Part shown: piece by piece, positions 1 to 10,652 of the stretch
Position numbering within the stretch: position 1 is the first letter of the stretch
Layout: each line of letters begins with the position of its first letter
Source: an uncultured Candidatus Saccharibacteria bacterium
GTDB lineage: Bacteria; Patescibacteriota; Saccharimonadia; Saccharimonadales; UBA4665
Length of the DNA stretch: 64,000 nucleotides
Reading direction: 5' to 3'
Assembly: GCA_963843205.1 (NCBI GenBank)
Contig: CAWJJN010000003.1
Coordinates: 56,325-120,324, forward strand
Position numbers and translations under genes: made by a program
Notes under the pieces: generated by a model
Databases searched by the model: none
What the model saw: the letters and a program-made list of their open reading frames with translations, nothing else
What the model was told of the DNA's origin: nothing

Positions 1-131
1 ACTTCAAACTGCACAAGGTCGTTCAAAAAGCCGGCGTTAAGCACGTTGAGCCAGAGAACACCAGTACTGCCCAAGCAAGCCAGAAGGAATTGGACAAGAA
101 CTCTACCAAGACCGGGGAGGAGAAGGCGTAA
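1..131 (+). CDS. rpsQ: 30S ribosomal protein S17, C-terminal part (5' truncated by window)
   Basis: Frame from nt 3 reads [14 protein letters not shown]...KA*; TAA 129-131 overlaps the rplN ATG; canonical position before rplN. Confidence 0.75.
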   Translation, partial: FKLHKVVQKAGVKHVEPENTSTAQASQKELDKNSTKTGEEKA

Positions 132-499
132 TGATTCAGCAAGAAAGCCGGTTGCATGTCTGCGACAACTCCGGTGCTAAGGAAATCCTATGCATCCGCG
201 TACTTGGTGGTACTCGCCGCCGTTACGCTGGCGTTGGCGACGTAATTGTTGCCACCGTTAAGGAGGCTAACCCGCAGGGCAACGTAAAAAAGAAGACTGT
301 CGTTAAGGCCGTAGTCGTACGCACTACAAAGGAAATCCGCCGCAAAGACGGTTCAACCATACGCTTTGACGACAATGCCGCTGTGATTATCGGCGACGAC
401 AAACTGCCCAAGGCTACCCGTATCTTCGGGCCGGTGCCGCGTGAATTGCGCGACCTTGGCTACGCTAAGATCATCAGCCTTGCGCCGGAGGTACTGTAA
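131..499 (+). CDS. rplN: 50S ribosomal protein L14
   Basis: [27 protein letters not shown]...IISLAPEVL. Confidence 0.99.
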   Translation: MIQQESRLHVCDNSGAKEILCIRVLGGTRRRYAGVGDVIVATVKEANPQGNVKKKTVVKAVVVRTTKEIRRKDGSTIRFDDNAAVIIGDDKLPKATRIFGPVPRELRDLGYAKIISLAPEVL

Positions 500-831
500 T
501 GGAAAATAAAATCTACAAAATCCGCATCAAGAAGGATGACACCGTAATCGTGCTTGCCGGCAAATACAAAGGCAAGACAGGTAAAGTGCTGACTACTCAT
601 CCGCGCGAGAACAAAGTTACTGTTGAAGGCATAAACATCGTCAAAAAGCATGTTAAGCCCAACCGCGCTAACCCGCAAGGCGGCATCATTGAGATGACCA
701 AGCCGATCTGGGTAAGCAAAGTGGCTATCGTCGAGCCGACAAGCAAGAAGGCCAGCCGCATCGGATACGAAATGGCAAAGGACGGCACAAAAACGCGCGT
801 CTTTAAGAAGACCGGAAAGGAGATCAAGTAA
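499..831 (+). CDS. rplX: 50S ribosomal protein L24
   Basis: IKKDDTVIVLAGKYKGKTGKV KOW motif; operon position. Confidence 0.98.
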   Translation: MENKIYKIRIKKDDTVIVLAGKYKGKTGKVLTTHPRENKVTVEGINIVKKHVKPNRANPQGGIIEMTKPIWVSKVAIVEPTSKKASRIGYEMAKDGTKTRVFKKTGKEIK

Positions 832-1427
832 TGGCTGAAGCTAAAGCAACTAAAACCAAGCAAACCAAGGCTGTTACTACCGCACGTCTCCGCGAGCAAT
901 ACAGCAGCAAGATTGCTGCTGAGCTCAAGAAGGAACTCGAACTGACCAACCCGCATCAGGTGCCTAAGGTAGAAAAGATCACCCTCAACGTCGGCCTCGG
1001 CAAGTCCAAGGACGACAAAAAGATGATCGAAACAGCCTTGAATACCCTGACCAAAATTACCGGTCAGAAGCCAATGGAAACCTATGCCAAAAAGTCCATC
1101 GCTACATTTAAACTGCGCGAAGGCAACAAAATCGGGCTGAAAGTAACTTTACGCGGCGACCGTATGTACGAATTTATGGATCGCTTGATCAACATCGTGC
1201 TGCCCCGTCTGCGTGACTTCCACGGCGTGTCCAATAAAGCATTTGACCGTCAGGGCAACTTCAGCCTGGGCATGACAGACCAGTCTGTCTTCCCGGAACT
1301 TTCTTTCGAAGAAACCACCACATCGCACGGTTTGCAAGCCGTATTCACAATCAAGTGCCAGGAACCGGCACACGCCAAAGCATTACTGCAAAAGTTTGGC
1401 ATGCCATTCGAAAAGGAGGCCAAGTAA
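831..1427 (+). CDS. rplE: 50S ribosomal protein L5
   Basis: [39 protein letters not shown]. Confidence 0.99.
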   Translation: MAEAKATKTKQTKAVTTARLREQYSSKIAAELKKELELTNPHQVPKVEKITLNVGLGKSKDDKKMIETALNTLTKITGQKPMETYAKKSIATFKLREGNKIGLKVTLRGDRMYEFMDRLINIVLPRLRDFHGVSNKAFDRQGNFSLGMTDQSVFPELSFEETTTSHGLQAVFTIKCQEPAHAKALLQKFGMPFEKEAK

Positions 1428-1696
1428 TGGCTAGGAAATCAAACATCGCCCGCGATCTGAAGCGCAAGGCTATGAACGAAAAGTACGCTGCCAAGCGCGC
1501 TGAGCTCAAGGCACTTGGCGACCAAGAAGGACTGGCCAAATTGCCCCGCAACTCCAGCCCGACCCGCCTCAAGAACCGCTGCGTTGAAACCGGCCGTCCG
1601 CATGCTTACATGCGTACCTTCGGCCTATCCCGCATCGCATTTCGTGAACACGCCTCAAAAGGTGAAATCCCGGGTGTAACTAAGGCCAGCTGGTAG
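1427..1696 (+). CDS. rpsN: 30S ribosomal protein S14 (89 aa, zinc-free type)
   Basis: MARKSNIAR...[36 protein letters not shown]...GVTKASW; true start ATG 1427 overlaps the rplE stop. Confidence 0.98.
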   Translation: MARKSNIARDLKRKAMNEKYAAKRAELKALGDQEGLAKLPRNSSPTRLKNRCVETGRPHAYMRTFGLSRIAFREHASKGEIPGVTKASW

Positions 1697-1713
1697 AAAG
1701 GAAGGATGATAAT

Positions 1714-2112
1714 ATGATGGTATCCACAGATCCAATCGCTGACATGCTGACCCGCATTCGCAACGCTATCAACGTCCGGAAGAACGAGGTTGTCATGCCT
1801 CACTCCAGCGTCAAGCAGGCTGTTGCCGAACTGCTAAAGAACAACGGTTTCGTTACCGACGTAAAAGTTATAGACGCAACTGTCGGCAAGAATATGAAGA
1901 TTGTTATCAATCGCGAGGCTGAGAATGCTCGCATCACCGAAATTGTCCGCTTGAGTAAGCCGGGACGCCGCGAATATGTCGGCAGCAGCAAGATTCCGGT
2001 TGTAATGCGCGGACGCGGTATTGTGATTATTTCCACCTCAAAGGGTGTGATGACCGGTGCCGACGCCAAGAAACAAGGTGTTGGCGGCGAATTAATTTGT
2101 AAGGTTTATTAA
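1714..2112 (+). CDS. rpsH: 30S ribosomal protein S8
   Basis: DPIADMLTRIRNA, SKPGRREY, GGELICKVY. Confidence 0.99.
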   Translation: MMVSTDPIADMLTRIRNAINVRKNEVVMPHSSVKQAVAELLKNNGFVTDVKVIDATVGKNMKIVINREAENARITEIVRLSKPGRREYVGSSKIPVVMRGRGIVIISTSKGVMTGADAKKQGVGGELICKVY

Positions 2113-2124
2113 TAGGAGAAATCG

Positions 2125-2664
2125 ATGAGTCGCATAGGAAAACTGCCCATCCCGATTCCAAGCGGTGTGACAATCACTGTCGACCCCGATTTCGTAACTG
2201 TAGCTGGCTCTAAGGGCACGCTCAAACAGTTTACGATGCCGGGCGTTACCGTAAAGGTCGAGGAAGGCCAAGCAATTGTTACTCGTGACAACGACGAAGC
2301 TGTCAACCGTTCCAAACACGGTCTGATGCGCACACTAGTCAGCAACATGGTAACCGGCGTAAGCCAGGGCTTCGAAAAGAAGCTTGAAATTACCGGTGTA
2401 GGTTACCGTGTCAATATGCAAGGTGCCGACCTTAAATTCAACCTCGGATTCTCACACGATGTAATCTACAAACTGCCTCAAGGCGTTGCAGCTAAGGTTG
2501 AACAGAACAACATCACCGTAAGTGGTATAGATAAACAACAAGTAGGCCAAGTTGCCGCAGAAATTCGCGCCCTCAAGAAACCCGAACCCTACAAGGGTAA
2601 AGGTATCAAGTATGCTGGCGAACGAATTTTGCGCAAGAGTGGTAAGAGCGGGAAGGAGAAGTAG
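2125..2664 (+). CDS. rplF: 50S ribosomal protein L6
   Basis: [29 protein letters not shown]. Confidence 0.99.
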   Translation: MSRIGKLPIPIPSGVTITVDPDFVTVAGSKGTLKQFTMPGVTVKVEEGQAIVTRDNDEAVNRSKHGLMRTLVSNMVTGVSQGFEKKLEITGVGYRVNMQGADLKFNLGFSHDVIYKLPQGVAAKVEQNNITVSGIDKQQVGQVAAEIRALKKPEPYKGKGIKYAGERILRKSGKSGKEK

Positions 2665-2666
2665 CC

Positions 2667-3023
2667 ATGAATACGCTAGCACACAAACTACACAATGCCT
2701 GGCAGCGTAAGCACCGCGTACGCGCCACTGTTTATGGCACGACCGAACGCCCGCGTCTGAGCGTACATATCTCAAACCGGCACATTACTGCCCAGATCAT
2801 TGACGACGACAAGGGCGTGACCTTGGCTTACATTTCTACAGCCGGAAGCAAAGCCGCTAAAGGCTCGATGTCTGAGCGCGCCGTCTGGGTTGGCGAGCAA
2901 CTCGCCAAAAAGGCAAAAACCGCAAAGGTCACAGCTGTTGTCTTCGATCGCGGCAGCCATTTGTATCACGGCCGCATCGCAGCCCTGGCCGAGGCAGCCC
3001 GTAAAGCAGGATTGGAGTTCTAG
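2667..3023 (+). CDS. rplR: 50S ribosomal protein L18
   Basis: [48 protein letters not shown]. Confidence 0.99.
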   Translation: MNTLAHKLHNAWQRKHRVRATVYGTTERPRLSVHISNRHITAQIIDDDKGVTLAYISTAGSKAAKGSMSERAVWVGEQLAKKAKTAKVTAVVFDRGSHLYHGRIAALAEAARKAGLEF

Positions 3024-3025
3024 AT

Positions 3026-3643
3026 ATGGCTGAACAACAGAAAGACCAACGAGGCCCACAAGGTCGCGACCACCGCGGACCACGCGGCAGGCGCCCGGAT
3101 ATGGCTCCTGAAGAAAAACAATTTGATGAACGCGTTGTGCACATTGACCGTGTTGCGCGCGTAGTAAAGGGCGGACGCCGCTTCCGTTTCCGCGCGCTTG
3201 TAGTCGTAGGCGACCGCAAGAATTGCGTCGGCGTCGGCACAGCTAAGGGCGCTGACGTAACAGCCGCTGTTACCAAGGCCACAGAGATGGCAAAGAAGCA
3301 CTTCGTTAGCGTTCCTACTCACAACGGTACTATTCCGCACGAGTCGACTGCTAAAGTCAGTGGTGCCTCAATCTTGATCAAGCCAGCCAGCGCCGGTACC
3401 GGTTTAATTGCCGGCGGCGTGGTACGCACCGTTTTGGAAGTTGCCGGTATCAAGAACGCCCTGAGTAAGTCTCTCGGCTCCAGCAATAAAACCAACACGG
3501 CCTACGCAACGATCGCAGCCCTGGAATTTATCGTTCCAGCTGCCAGCTGGGTCACCAGAAAGCACGCCGTAAAAACTGCTGAGAAAAAGGCCGAAACCAA
3601 GCCTGCGGCCAAAAAAGCAGCAGCAAAAAAGAGTGAGGCCTAA
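3026..3643 (+). CDS. rpsE: 30S ribosomal protein S5
   Basis: [30 protein letters not shown]. Confidence 0.99.
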   Translation: MAEQQKDQRGPQGRDHRGPRGRRPDMAPEEKQFDERVVHIDRVARVVKGGRRFRFRALVVVGDRKNCVGVGTAKGADVTAAVTKATEMAKKHFVSVPTHNGTIPHESTAKVSGASILIKPASAGTGLIAGGVVRTVLEVAGIKNALSKSLGSSNKTNTAYATIAALEFIVPAASWVTRKHAVKTAEKKAETKPAAKKAAAKKSEA

Positions 3644-3645
3644 CC

Positions 3646-4128
3646 ATGAAGTTTAACCAATTAGACGTAACCTCAAACAAAAAAGGCAAGCGCGTCGGAC
3701 GCGGTATTGCAGCCGGCCAAGGCAAGACCGCCGGCCGTGGTACAAAAGGACAGATGTCACGCACCGGATCCAGCAAAAAGCCCGGATTCGAAGGTGGACA
3801 GAATCCTTTGATGCAGCGCCTGCCGAAATTGTCGGGCTTCCGTTCCTTCAAGACCAAAGCCGAAGTAGTTTACACCAACCAGCTGGATGCGTTCGCTGGT
3901 AAAACTGCTGACGCCGAGGCTTTTGCTAAGGCCGGCCTAATAACTAACGCCTTTGTACGCGTCAAAGTTATTACTAAAGGTGAAGTTACTAAGAAAGTTA
4001 CAGTCAAAGCTCAGGCCATCAGCGCCAGTGCATTGGCAGCAGTGCAAACAGCCGGCGGCAGCTTTGAAAAAGTAGCTATCAACGCTCGCCCGGCATCAGC
4101 CAAAAAAACTGAAAAAAAGCAAAAGTAG
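3646..4128 (+). CDS. rplO: 50S ribosomal protein L15
   Basis: [33 protein letters not shown]; directly follows rpsE with no rpmD between. Confidence 0.99.
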   Translation: MKFNQLDVTSNKKGKRVGRGIAAGQGKTAGRGTKGQMSRTGSSKKPGFEGGQNPLMQRLPKLSGFRSFKTKAEVVYTNQLDAFAGKTADAEAFAKAGLITNAFVRVKVITKGEVTKKVTVKAQAISASALAAVQTAGGSFEKVAINARPASAKKTEKKQK

Positions 4129-4172
4129 TCCCGGCCGCCGTACTGCAGACGTAGCCTTCTGAGTTCTGAAAT

Positions 4173-4301
4173 ATGTCTGACGTACACGAGGTAGGGAATT
4201 CACTATCACAGCACCTGCTAAACGATGAGATAATCGCGGCCGCTAGCCATGCGGCACAAGACATCTTGCGTGCAGCAGGTGCTTTTGCTGCGATGAATAG
4301 C
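4173..4301 (+). pseudogene. Truncated N-terminal remnant of the helical-module family
   Basis: MSDVHEVGNSLSQHLLNDEIIAAASHAAQDILRAAGAF matches family starts (cf. MSLGEVGNSM at 5306); it then runs into the antisense of the convergent gene ending at 4302. Confidence 0.5.
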
Positions 4302-5306
4302 CTAAGACGATTCGGCGCGCACGAAAAACTGCGGGGAATCATAGTAACTGCGACGATAGGAGGGGTCGGGCACAAACCCGTGCCGCGCAAGGGCCCTGAT
4401 AACACCGGGAGTATCAGCGTCATTGACAGTTATCAGCCCTCCAGGCAGCACGCACTTCACAACGTTAGCGACTATAGCGTCCCCTATTTCATTTGTTCCG
4501 GGCTTGACGTGCTGCAAAAGGTTGTTCATCACGACAACGTGTGCCGGGGCCGGGACTTGTCGGCTGGCGTCCAGCACTGCAAACTTCACCCGCTCACGCA
4601 AAGATTGTCTAGGCGCTAATAGCCCGTCTTCGGTTACTTCGAAGTCATATACACACTCTCTGGGTAGCCCCCATAGCTCAAAACGATCGGCGAGCGCCAA
4701 CGGCGAAATATTATAAGGATTTTGCGCCTCACTAACAGCTCGGGGGTTAACGTCGTAGGCATTGATCTGCACCTTATCAAGCACGCCGTTAGCTTTGCAG
4801 CCCGCCAAGATACTAAACGTCTCTTTTCCTCTGCTGCAGGGTAGCTCTACGATCTGGAGCGGCTCATCGTCTCTAAGGCCAAGCCGGGTCCTTATGCCAA
4901 ATATTCTGAAAATCAATTCGCTGCTATTCATATTGCCCGTTCTGCAAAAATCATTGTAAGTTACGATCTTCAGATCATCGATTATGGTTCTGTCAGACCT
5001 GCTGACATTAACAGACCACGCAGGCGCGTCAGACTCAGACGCAACGCCCCACGCAGTCAGTAGCTCCCTGTTGAGCTGCCTCAGTGCCGCCAGATGAGTC
5101 GCAATACCCCTCAGGGTCCTGGCCGCATTGTCTAAATACGCCTGCGCTTCCAAGGCGCTGGAATTTTCCAACCCTCCTAGGGCGTGTCCTAGGCGCCACT
5201 GCATTGTTGCCAGCTTTTCATCAGCGTCGCTGAGCATGACATCTACGTCAGGCGCCTGCTGTTCAAATATGCCGTTCATGGAGTTACCGACTTCACCCAA
5301 GCTCAT
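4302..5306 (-). CDS. Helical module + CheR-like SAM methyltransferase domain
   Basis: N-term ~88 aa amphipathic; then IVELPCSRGKETFSI, INAYDVN, VKF, VVVMNNLLQHV, LPGG resembling CheR motifs. Confidence 0.7.
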   Translation of the reverse strand: MSLGEVGNSMNGIFEQQAPDVDVMLSDADEKLATMQWRLGHALGGLENSSALEAQAYLDNAARTLRGIATHLAALRQLNRELLTAWGVASESDAPAWSVNVSRSDRTIIDDLKIVTYNDFCRTGNMNSSELIFRIFGIRTRLGLRDDEPLQIVELPCSRGKETFSILAGCKANGVLDKVQINAYDVNPRAVSEAQNPYNISPLALADRFELWGLPRECVYDFEVTEDGLLAPRQSLRERVKFAVLDASRQVPAPAHVVVMNNLLQHVKPGTNEIGDAIVANVVKCVLPGGLITVNDADTPGVIRALARHGFVPDPSYRRSYYDSPQFFVRAESS

Positions 5307-5392
5307 CTCATATACTTTATGCCTGACAGGCTATTTTCGCTAGTTGTTCGTTGCAGCTCATGACTGGCAGCTGTTCATGGTATAGTTTTCGT

Positions 5393-7204
5393 ATGACCAA
5401 GCAGGCCGACACCAAACGCGACAAGCAGATCACCCGGGAGATACATAAGCTGTTCTGGAGGGCGACGTTTACGGACAAACCGGGCATAATAATTACATAT
5501 CTGACACGAGTGCCGGCACTGATTCTTTATAACATTTTCATACCGCTGCAAGTGGCCTACGGGTTACAAGCCGTGTTTAACCAGCAGTTCGATAAAGTGC
5601 CGGGGTTTGCCCTGAGCATCGTGGCGCTCGCCGTTGGCTATGCTGTGCTCTGGTCGATTGGCGGCCTTACCATATGTCGCAACGGGCGCATAGCGTCTCA
5701 GTATATCCAGCGGACAGTGTTTGCCAACTATCTGAGCAAAGACTACGAGTTCTATAACAATACATTTTTTGGCGCTTTGGGGTCACAGGCCATCCAATTA
5801 CGCAGTGTATTTAGTGAGTACTCCCAGATCACAACGCTTTTCTTGCCGAACCATCTGATTGTAATTATTGCCGGCATGGCAGTGATCGCTTACCACTCTC
5901 TCATATTAGCCTTACTGACTTTGCTCTCCATGGCAGCCGTTCTAAGCTTCGTTATTGGCTTCAGTGCCTGGAGACTACGCTTGCGCAGATCTCTGAGTGA
6001 GGCGAGTAGTGAATTAGCCGGTGTTGTAGGAGATTCTCTAAGCCACGGGACGACAATCAAGAGTTTTGCCAGTGAGGAATACGAGCAAAAACACCTCACA
6101 AACAGCCTGAGCAGGTGGGCGAATGCTCAATACCGGACTTGGATGTCATCCATCCCGGCAGATTCCGGACGAATGATACTGGCGGCCGTTGCAACCAGCA
6201 TTATGCTCATAATGACCGCCAAGCTATACAAAGATCACAGCATTACTGTCGCCATTGTTGCTCTGGTCCAGCTGTACGTAATCAAAATGATAACGGCCAC
6301 CGAGGCTCTGGCGGCGCTTGTCAAACAATATGAGAATGTTATGGGCAGCGCCTACCAGGCAGTAAAAACTATGCTCGTGCCAACAACCGTCACGGACAAA
6401 TCCGATGTCGAGCACCTTCCCAGGGGAGATAGTTTACAGATAAGTTTCTCTTGTGTCGATTACCGGTATGATGACGCTGCCGAGAGGACTAAGGCCGTGT
6501 CCGGTTTTAGCCTGAACATCGCTCCGGGCGAAAAAATAGGACTTGTCGGCTACTCCGGAAGCGGCAAGACCACCCTAACAAAACTGCTGCTCCGTTTCAT
6601 GGACGTTACGGGCGGATCCATAGCCATCGGCAATATCGACATCCGCAACCTCAGCCAGCATGAGCTGCGAAAGCACATAGCGTACGTACCACAGGAGCCG
6701 CTGCTGTTTCATCGCAGTATTCACGAGAACATCGCCTACGGTAATCCAGGCGCACGAAAAAAGGCGGTTATCGAGGCAGCCCGATCGGCTTACGTGGACG
6801 AATTCGTTGATGATCTTCCCAAAAAATACGAGACATTTGTAGGAGAAAGAGGTGTTAAGCTGTCCGGCGGCCAGCGACAGCGCGTAGCTATTGCCAGGGC
6901 ACTACTAAAGGATGCTCCTGTTCTGGTTCTGGATGAAGCTACAAGTGCGCTCGACAGCCGCAGCGAAAAGTTGATACAGCAAGCATTATGGCGCCTGATG
7001 AAAAATCGTACTACTCTAGTGGTAGCGCACCGTCTAAGCACCATCCAGCGCATGGACCGCATAGTAGTAATGGATAAAGGTCGAATTGTCCAGATCGGTA
7101 CACATGATGAGCTGCTTCGCAAAAAGAATGGCATTTATGCTAAGTTATGGAGGCACCAAAGCGGTGGATATGTCGGCATACCGGCCGAAGAACAAGCCGA
7201 ATAA
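5393..7204 (+). CDS. ABC transporter, fused TM + ATP-binding domain (ABC-B half transporter)
   Basis: TM helices, GYSGSGKT, LSGGQRQR, VLVLDEATSALD, VVAHRLST; start ATG 5393. Confidence 0.95.
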   Translation: MTKQADTKRDKQITREIHKLFWRATFTDKPGIIITYLTRVPALILYNIFIPLQVAYGLQAVFNQQFDKVPGFALSIVALAVGYAVLWSIGGLTICRNGRIASQYIQRTVFANYLSKDYEFYNNTFFGALGSQAIQLRSVFSEYSQITTLFLPNHLIVIIAGMAVIAYHSLILALLTLLSMAAVLSFVIGFSAWRLRLRRSLSEASSELAGVVGDSLSHGTTIKSFASEEYEQKHLTNSLSRWANAQYRTWMSSIPADSGRMILAAVATSIMLIMTAKLYKDHSITVAIVALVQLYVIKMITATEALAALVKQYENVMGSAYQAVKTMLVPTTVTDKSDVEHLPRGDSLQISFSCVDYRYDDAAERTKAVSGFSLNIAPGEKIGLVGYSGSGKTTLTKLLLRFMDVTGGSIAIGNIDIRNLSQHELRKHIAYVPQEPLLFHRSIHENIAYGNPGARKKAVIEAARSAYVDEFVDDLPKKYETFVGERGVKLSGGQRQRVAIARALLKDAPVLVLDEATSALDSRSEKLIQQALWRLMKNRTTLVVAHRLSTIQRMDRIVVMDKGRIVQIGTHDELLRKKNGIYAKLWRHQSGGYVGIPAEEQAE

Positions 7205-7282
7205 GCGGTTAGCTTTACAGCGTAAAGCTGCTATACTATGTTGTAATCAGACAAAAGTGTGCCGGAAGGGGCTAATTATTTC

Positions 7283-8788
7283 GTGAACTGGAAGATCATT
7301 TGGAAATCACTCGGCAATAAAGACATGCGCAAGCGCATACTGGCGGTGGTAGGCATACTGCTAGTCTTTCGCATATTAGCTCATATACCAGTACCTCTGG
7401 CCGACCCCCAAACCCTAAAACAGGTTTTATCCAATCTATTCAGCTCCCAGGACACGCCCCAGCTTCTGAGCTTCATTAATATTCTGTCCGGCGGAGCCCT
7501 TGCCAACTTCTCTATTATGATTGCTGGGCTAGGCCCCTATATTAACGCGTCGATTATCATGCAGCTGCTCACCAAAGCCATACCCAAGCTTGAAGCCTTG
7601 CGCAAAGAAGGTGAGTACGGCCAACGCAAAATCAACCAATACACGCGCCTACTTACGTTCCCGCTGGCAATCTTACAATCCATAGGCGCTATATATCTTG
7701 TCAGGCAAACCGCCAGCCAAATCGGCGGCATGGGCGACATCACCGCCGGGGCGTCATTGATGCAGTGGGTGCTAATGGTCGCCTCCCTAACGGGCGGCTC
7801 AATGCTTTTGATGTGGCTGGGTGAGCAAATAACCGAGCGAAGCATCGGTAATGGTATATCGCTGCTTATCACCGTGGGTATTGTTAGCGGCTTGCCAGCA
7901 ACTATTGGCTCGATGGTAGGGCAGATCTTTGACCACACCAGTAAATGGACTGTGTTCGGCCATACCTATACAATTAACGCCCGCCAACTAGGGTTGAGTG
8001 TAATCATACTGGCGGCCGTAATAGCCACGACATGGATAGTAGTAAAACTAAATGAAGCAGCAAGACGTATAACCATCAACTACGCCAAGCGCGTGCAAGG
8101 AAACCGTACCTATGGCGGCGTAACAACCGTTCTGCCAGTAAAGTTGATTAGCGCAGGTGTGGTGCCGATTATTTTTGCGGTCGCTTTCTTGAGCGTGCCG
8201 AGCTTTGTGGGCCAGCTGATGGTCGGCGCCAGCAGCGCCAGACTCCAACATATAGGCACTAACCTGGTGACCTGGTTCCAGACTCCAACAGCCACCACTT
8301 TTGATACCTATGGCTGGCAGGCCTACATCTACCCAGCCGTCTACTTCCTGCTGGTTTTCGTCTTCACATTCTTCTATACCAGCGTAACCTTTAACAGCAA
8401 GGAGATTGCCGAGAATCTGCAGAAACAAGGCGGATTTATCGAAGGCGTACGCTCCGGCGCTCAAACTGAAAAACATCTGAGTAAAACCGTCAATCGTTTG
8501 ACGCTGTTCGGTGCCTTCAGCCTCGGACTCCTGGCTTTAATGCCAATCATCGCCCAGGTATTCTATGCTGGCAACATCGCGCTTGGCGGCACAAGCGTAC
8601 TTATCCTGGTGTCGGTGTCACTGGAGACCCTGCGTGCAGTCGAATCCCGCGCCTTAATGGTAACTTATGACCAATATGCCCAGCCGGACTTCTTCCACGA
8701 TACCCAGAACAATGACGCGGAGAATGATGACACGTCCGCCGACAAGCATAGGTCCAGAATCTCTTCGCTGTTGCGGAGGAAAAAATAA
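7283..8788 (+). CDS. secY: Preprotein translocase subunit SecY
   Basis: GLGPYINASIIMQLL, GEQITERSIGNGISL, GVVPIIFA, GGFIEGVRSG, GGTSVLILV; likely GTG start 7283. Confidence 0.99.
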   Translation: MNWKIIWKSLGNKDMRKRILAVVGILLVFRILAHIPVPLADPQTLKQVLSNLFSSQDTPQLLSFINILSGGALANFSIMIAGLGPYINASIIMQLLTKAIPKLEALRKEGEYGQRKINQYTRLLTFPLAILQSIGAIYLVRQTASQIGGMGDITAGASLMQWVLMVASLTGGSMLLMWLGEQITERSIGNGISLLITVGIVSGLPATIGSMVGQIFDHTSKWTVFGHTYTINARQLGLSVIILAAVIATTWIVVKLNEAARRITINYAKRVQGNRTYGGVTTVLPVKLISAGVVPIIFAVAFLSVPSFVGQLMVGASSARLQHIGTNLVTWFQTPTATTFDTYGWQAYIYPAVYFLLVFVFTFFYTSVTFNSKEIAENLQKQGGFIEGVRSGAQTEKHLSKTVNRLTLFGAFSLGLLALMPIIAQVFYAGNIALGGTSVLILVSVSLETLRAVESRALMVTYDQYAQPDFFHDTQNNDAENDDTSADKHRSRISSLLRRKK

Positions 8789-9184
8789 ATGGCAGGACTG
8801 AACGAAACGGCTGACAGGATCCGCACATCGGTGTCCGAACAAGGAGACCATCCTGTCGGCGCGCAATTATCTGAGGCGCTAGCTGCCGTAAAGGGTCTTG
8901 GCGGCGACTCTCTGTTGGCCCAGGCATGTACACTCTCCGAGCAAATGTATAATGCCTTTTGCGCTGCTACTCAAGGCGTCAATAACACTGAGGTGACCAT
9001 AGCGGATGAGCGGCTGTTCGAGACACATCTTGCCACCCGCGTAGCCCTTGAAGGTCTTGCCCAAGTGGCAGACCAAATCCAGCATGCCCTGGATTCGCTG
9101 GCCGCTGGGCGCAACCATACAGAACAATACCTGACACAAATAGGCTGCGGAGGCGAAGCCGCAGTGCCTGCGCAAAACGTATAG
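8789..9184 (+). CDS. Stand-alone helical-module protein (131 aa)
   Basis: MAGLNETADRI...ATQGVNNTEV...EQYLTQIG; ATG abuts the secY stop. Confidence 0.7.
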   Translation: MAGLNETADRIRTSVSEQGDHPVGAQLSEALAAVKGLGGDSLLAQACTLSEQMYNAFCAATQGVNNTEVTIADERLFETHLATRVALEGLAQVADQIQHALDSLAAGRNHTEQYLTQIGCGGEAAVPAQNV

Positions 9185-9198
9185 TCGAAACAGGGGTA

Positions 9199-10203
9199 AT
9201 GAATAACTCTTCAGGGACGGGCCATAGTATTAAAGATATCGCCTTAGACCTAGAAGAAATACGCATGACGTTACCGGTCATGGAATCCGAGGAAGCTGCC
9301 TTTGCCATTAGAGGATCATGTGCGGCGCTTGTCTCGCTGGGGCTACCCAATACTAACGAAGCGGGTCAAGTTCTGGGCAGTGTCACTCTCGCCGGCGAGA
9401 AGGTGCAAAAAGCACTGAATCTATTAATTGCAGCCTTCGTGTCAATAGGACATTATTCAGAAGAAATAGGCATAGACCCAGGCTGTTATGAACGCGACCC
9501 CGGGCCAGTCATAAGACAGTATCGTGAATGCATATCAGAGTCCAGAAAAATAGTACATAGCTGGCAGACAAGTGGTGAGCGTAATGGGAAGCCAGCCGAG
9601 CGGGGCTGGGGCTACAACAGGTCGGATACGAGAGATTATGAGGAGACATTTGCCGCCCTGCTTCAAGGAAGGACAATATCAAGCCTTATCGAAGGGCACC
9701 CCTCCCCGCGCATCGTAGATCTCATGGCCTCAACCACTGTGGTAAATGAATTATTACGCCAATCTTCATCAGAAAACAAATGCGGCTACGCCGCAAGGCT
9801 AAGTGATATAAGAACTGAAGAGGAAGTTGAAGCAGATAATATATTGGGCATTGAATTACTGGAAGAAGACCTGGGTCAACTAGCAGCGCTGCGGCGCCTA
9901 AAAGTAAAGGTCGGCGAAGGCGGGGCAAGTTTAGTATTAGCGCGGCCTGTTGCGGGCCTATACAGCCTACCAAGGCATTGGATATTTTTCAGGCGAGCTA
10001 TAAATACAATCTGGGAGATGCTTGATGCAAATAACGGCGTCGCGCTACTGCAAGTGCCCGGATATCATCTGGCAAAAAAATGCGGCTTTAGTATCAGAGA
10101 ATGGGTAGCGAGCACTAAAATGCGGGGGATTGATATAAGGCATGAGGGCGATACCGTAATGCTCATCAAAAGGCCTAACTCTCCGGACTTATTCTCGAGA
10201 TAG
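9199..10203 (+). CDS. Helical module + uncharacterised (possibly degenerate Rossmann/methyltransferase-like) domain
   Basis: SIKDIALDLEEIRMTLPV...IGHYSEEIG followed by ~240 aa alpha/beta domain with RIVDLMAS. Confidence 0.65.
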   Translation: MNNSSGTGHSIKDIALDLEEIRMTLPVMESEEAAFAIRGSCAALVSLGLPNTNEAGQVLGSVTLAGEKVQKALNLLIAAFVSIGHYSEEIGIDPGCYERDPGPVIRQYRECISESRKIVHSWQTSGERNGKPAERGWGYNRSDTRDYEETFAALLQGRTISSLIEGHPSPRIVDLMASTTVVNELLRQSSSENKCGYAARLSDIRTEEEVEADNILGIELLEEDLGQLAALRRLKVKVGEGGASLVLARPVAGLYSLPRHWIFFRRAINTIWEMLDANNGVALLQVPGYHLAKKCGFSIREWVASTKMRGIDIRHEGDTVMLIKRPNSPDLFSR

Positions 10204-10337
10204 ACTTGCCAGCTGCATCCTAGTATCTTCTCGTCCCTGCCTTTTCGAAAAAAGATATCAACCTCTAGCTTGCTGCAATACCTTGTCTATTCTACGGGTT
10301 GTTCGGCTCTAGTTTAATGAACCTCCTCCGCAATATG

Positions 10338-10366
10338 TTGTAATTGGCGCCATAGCCTGTTATAAT
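10338..10366 (+). promoter_or_regulatory. Sigma70 promoter upstream of infA
   Basis: TTGTAA-17 nt-TATAAT with TG extension. Confidence 0.75.
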
Positions 10367-10383
10367 CAATAATTGTTATATTT

Positions 10384-10605
10384 ATGGCAGGTAATAAACA
10401 GGTAATCGAGTTAACAGGGACAATAATTGAGACTCTTCCGGGTACTCAATTTCGCGTCGAACTCGAGAACGGCCATCAAATAATAGCTCATGTCGCCGGT
10501 AAGATGCGGAAACACTACATTCGCATCGTGCCAGGAGACAGCGTGACGGTTGAGTTGACCCCTTACGACCTTACTAAGGGCAGAATCACCTATCGCAAAT
10601 CATAA
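10384..10605 (+). CDS. infA: Translation initiation factor IF-1
   Basis: [37 protein letters not shown]...[12 protein letters not shown]. Confidence 0.99.
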   Translation: MAGNKQVIELTGTIIETLPGTQFRVELENGHQIIAHVAGKMRKHYIRIVPGDSVTVELTPYDLTKGRITYRKS

Positions 10606-10652
10606 TATCAATATAAGCAGTGTGTTATGCACCTGGAAGGAGCATGATCCGC

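Noticed and set aside
4302-4619. C-terminal part of the 148 aa ORF 4173-4619
   Set aside because: Antisense shadow of the methyltransferase gene; only the first ~43 codons look meaningful
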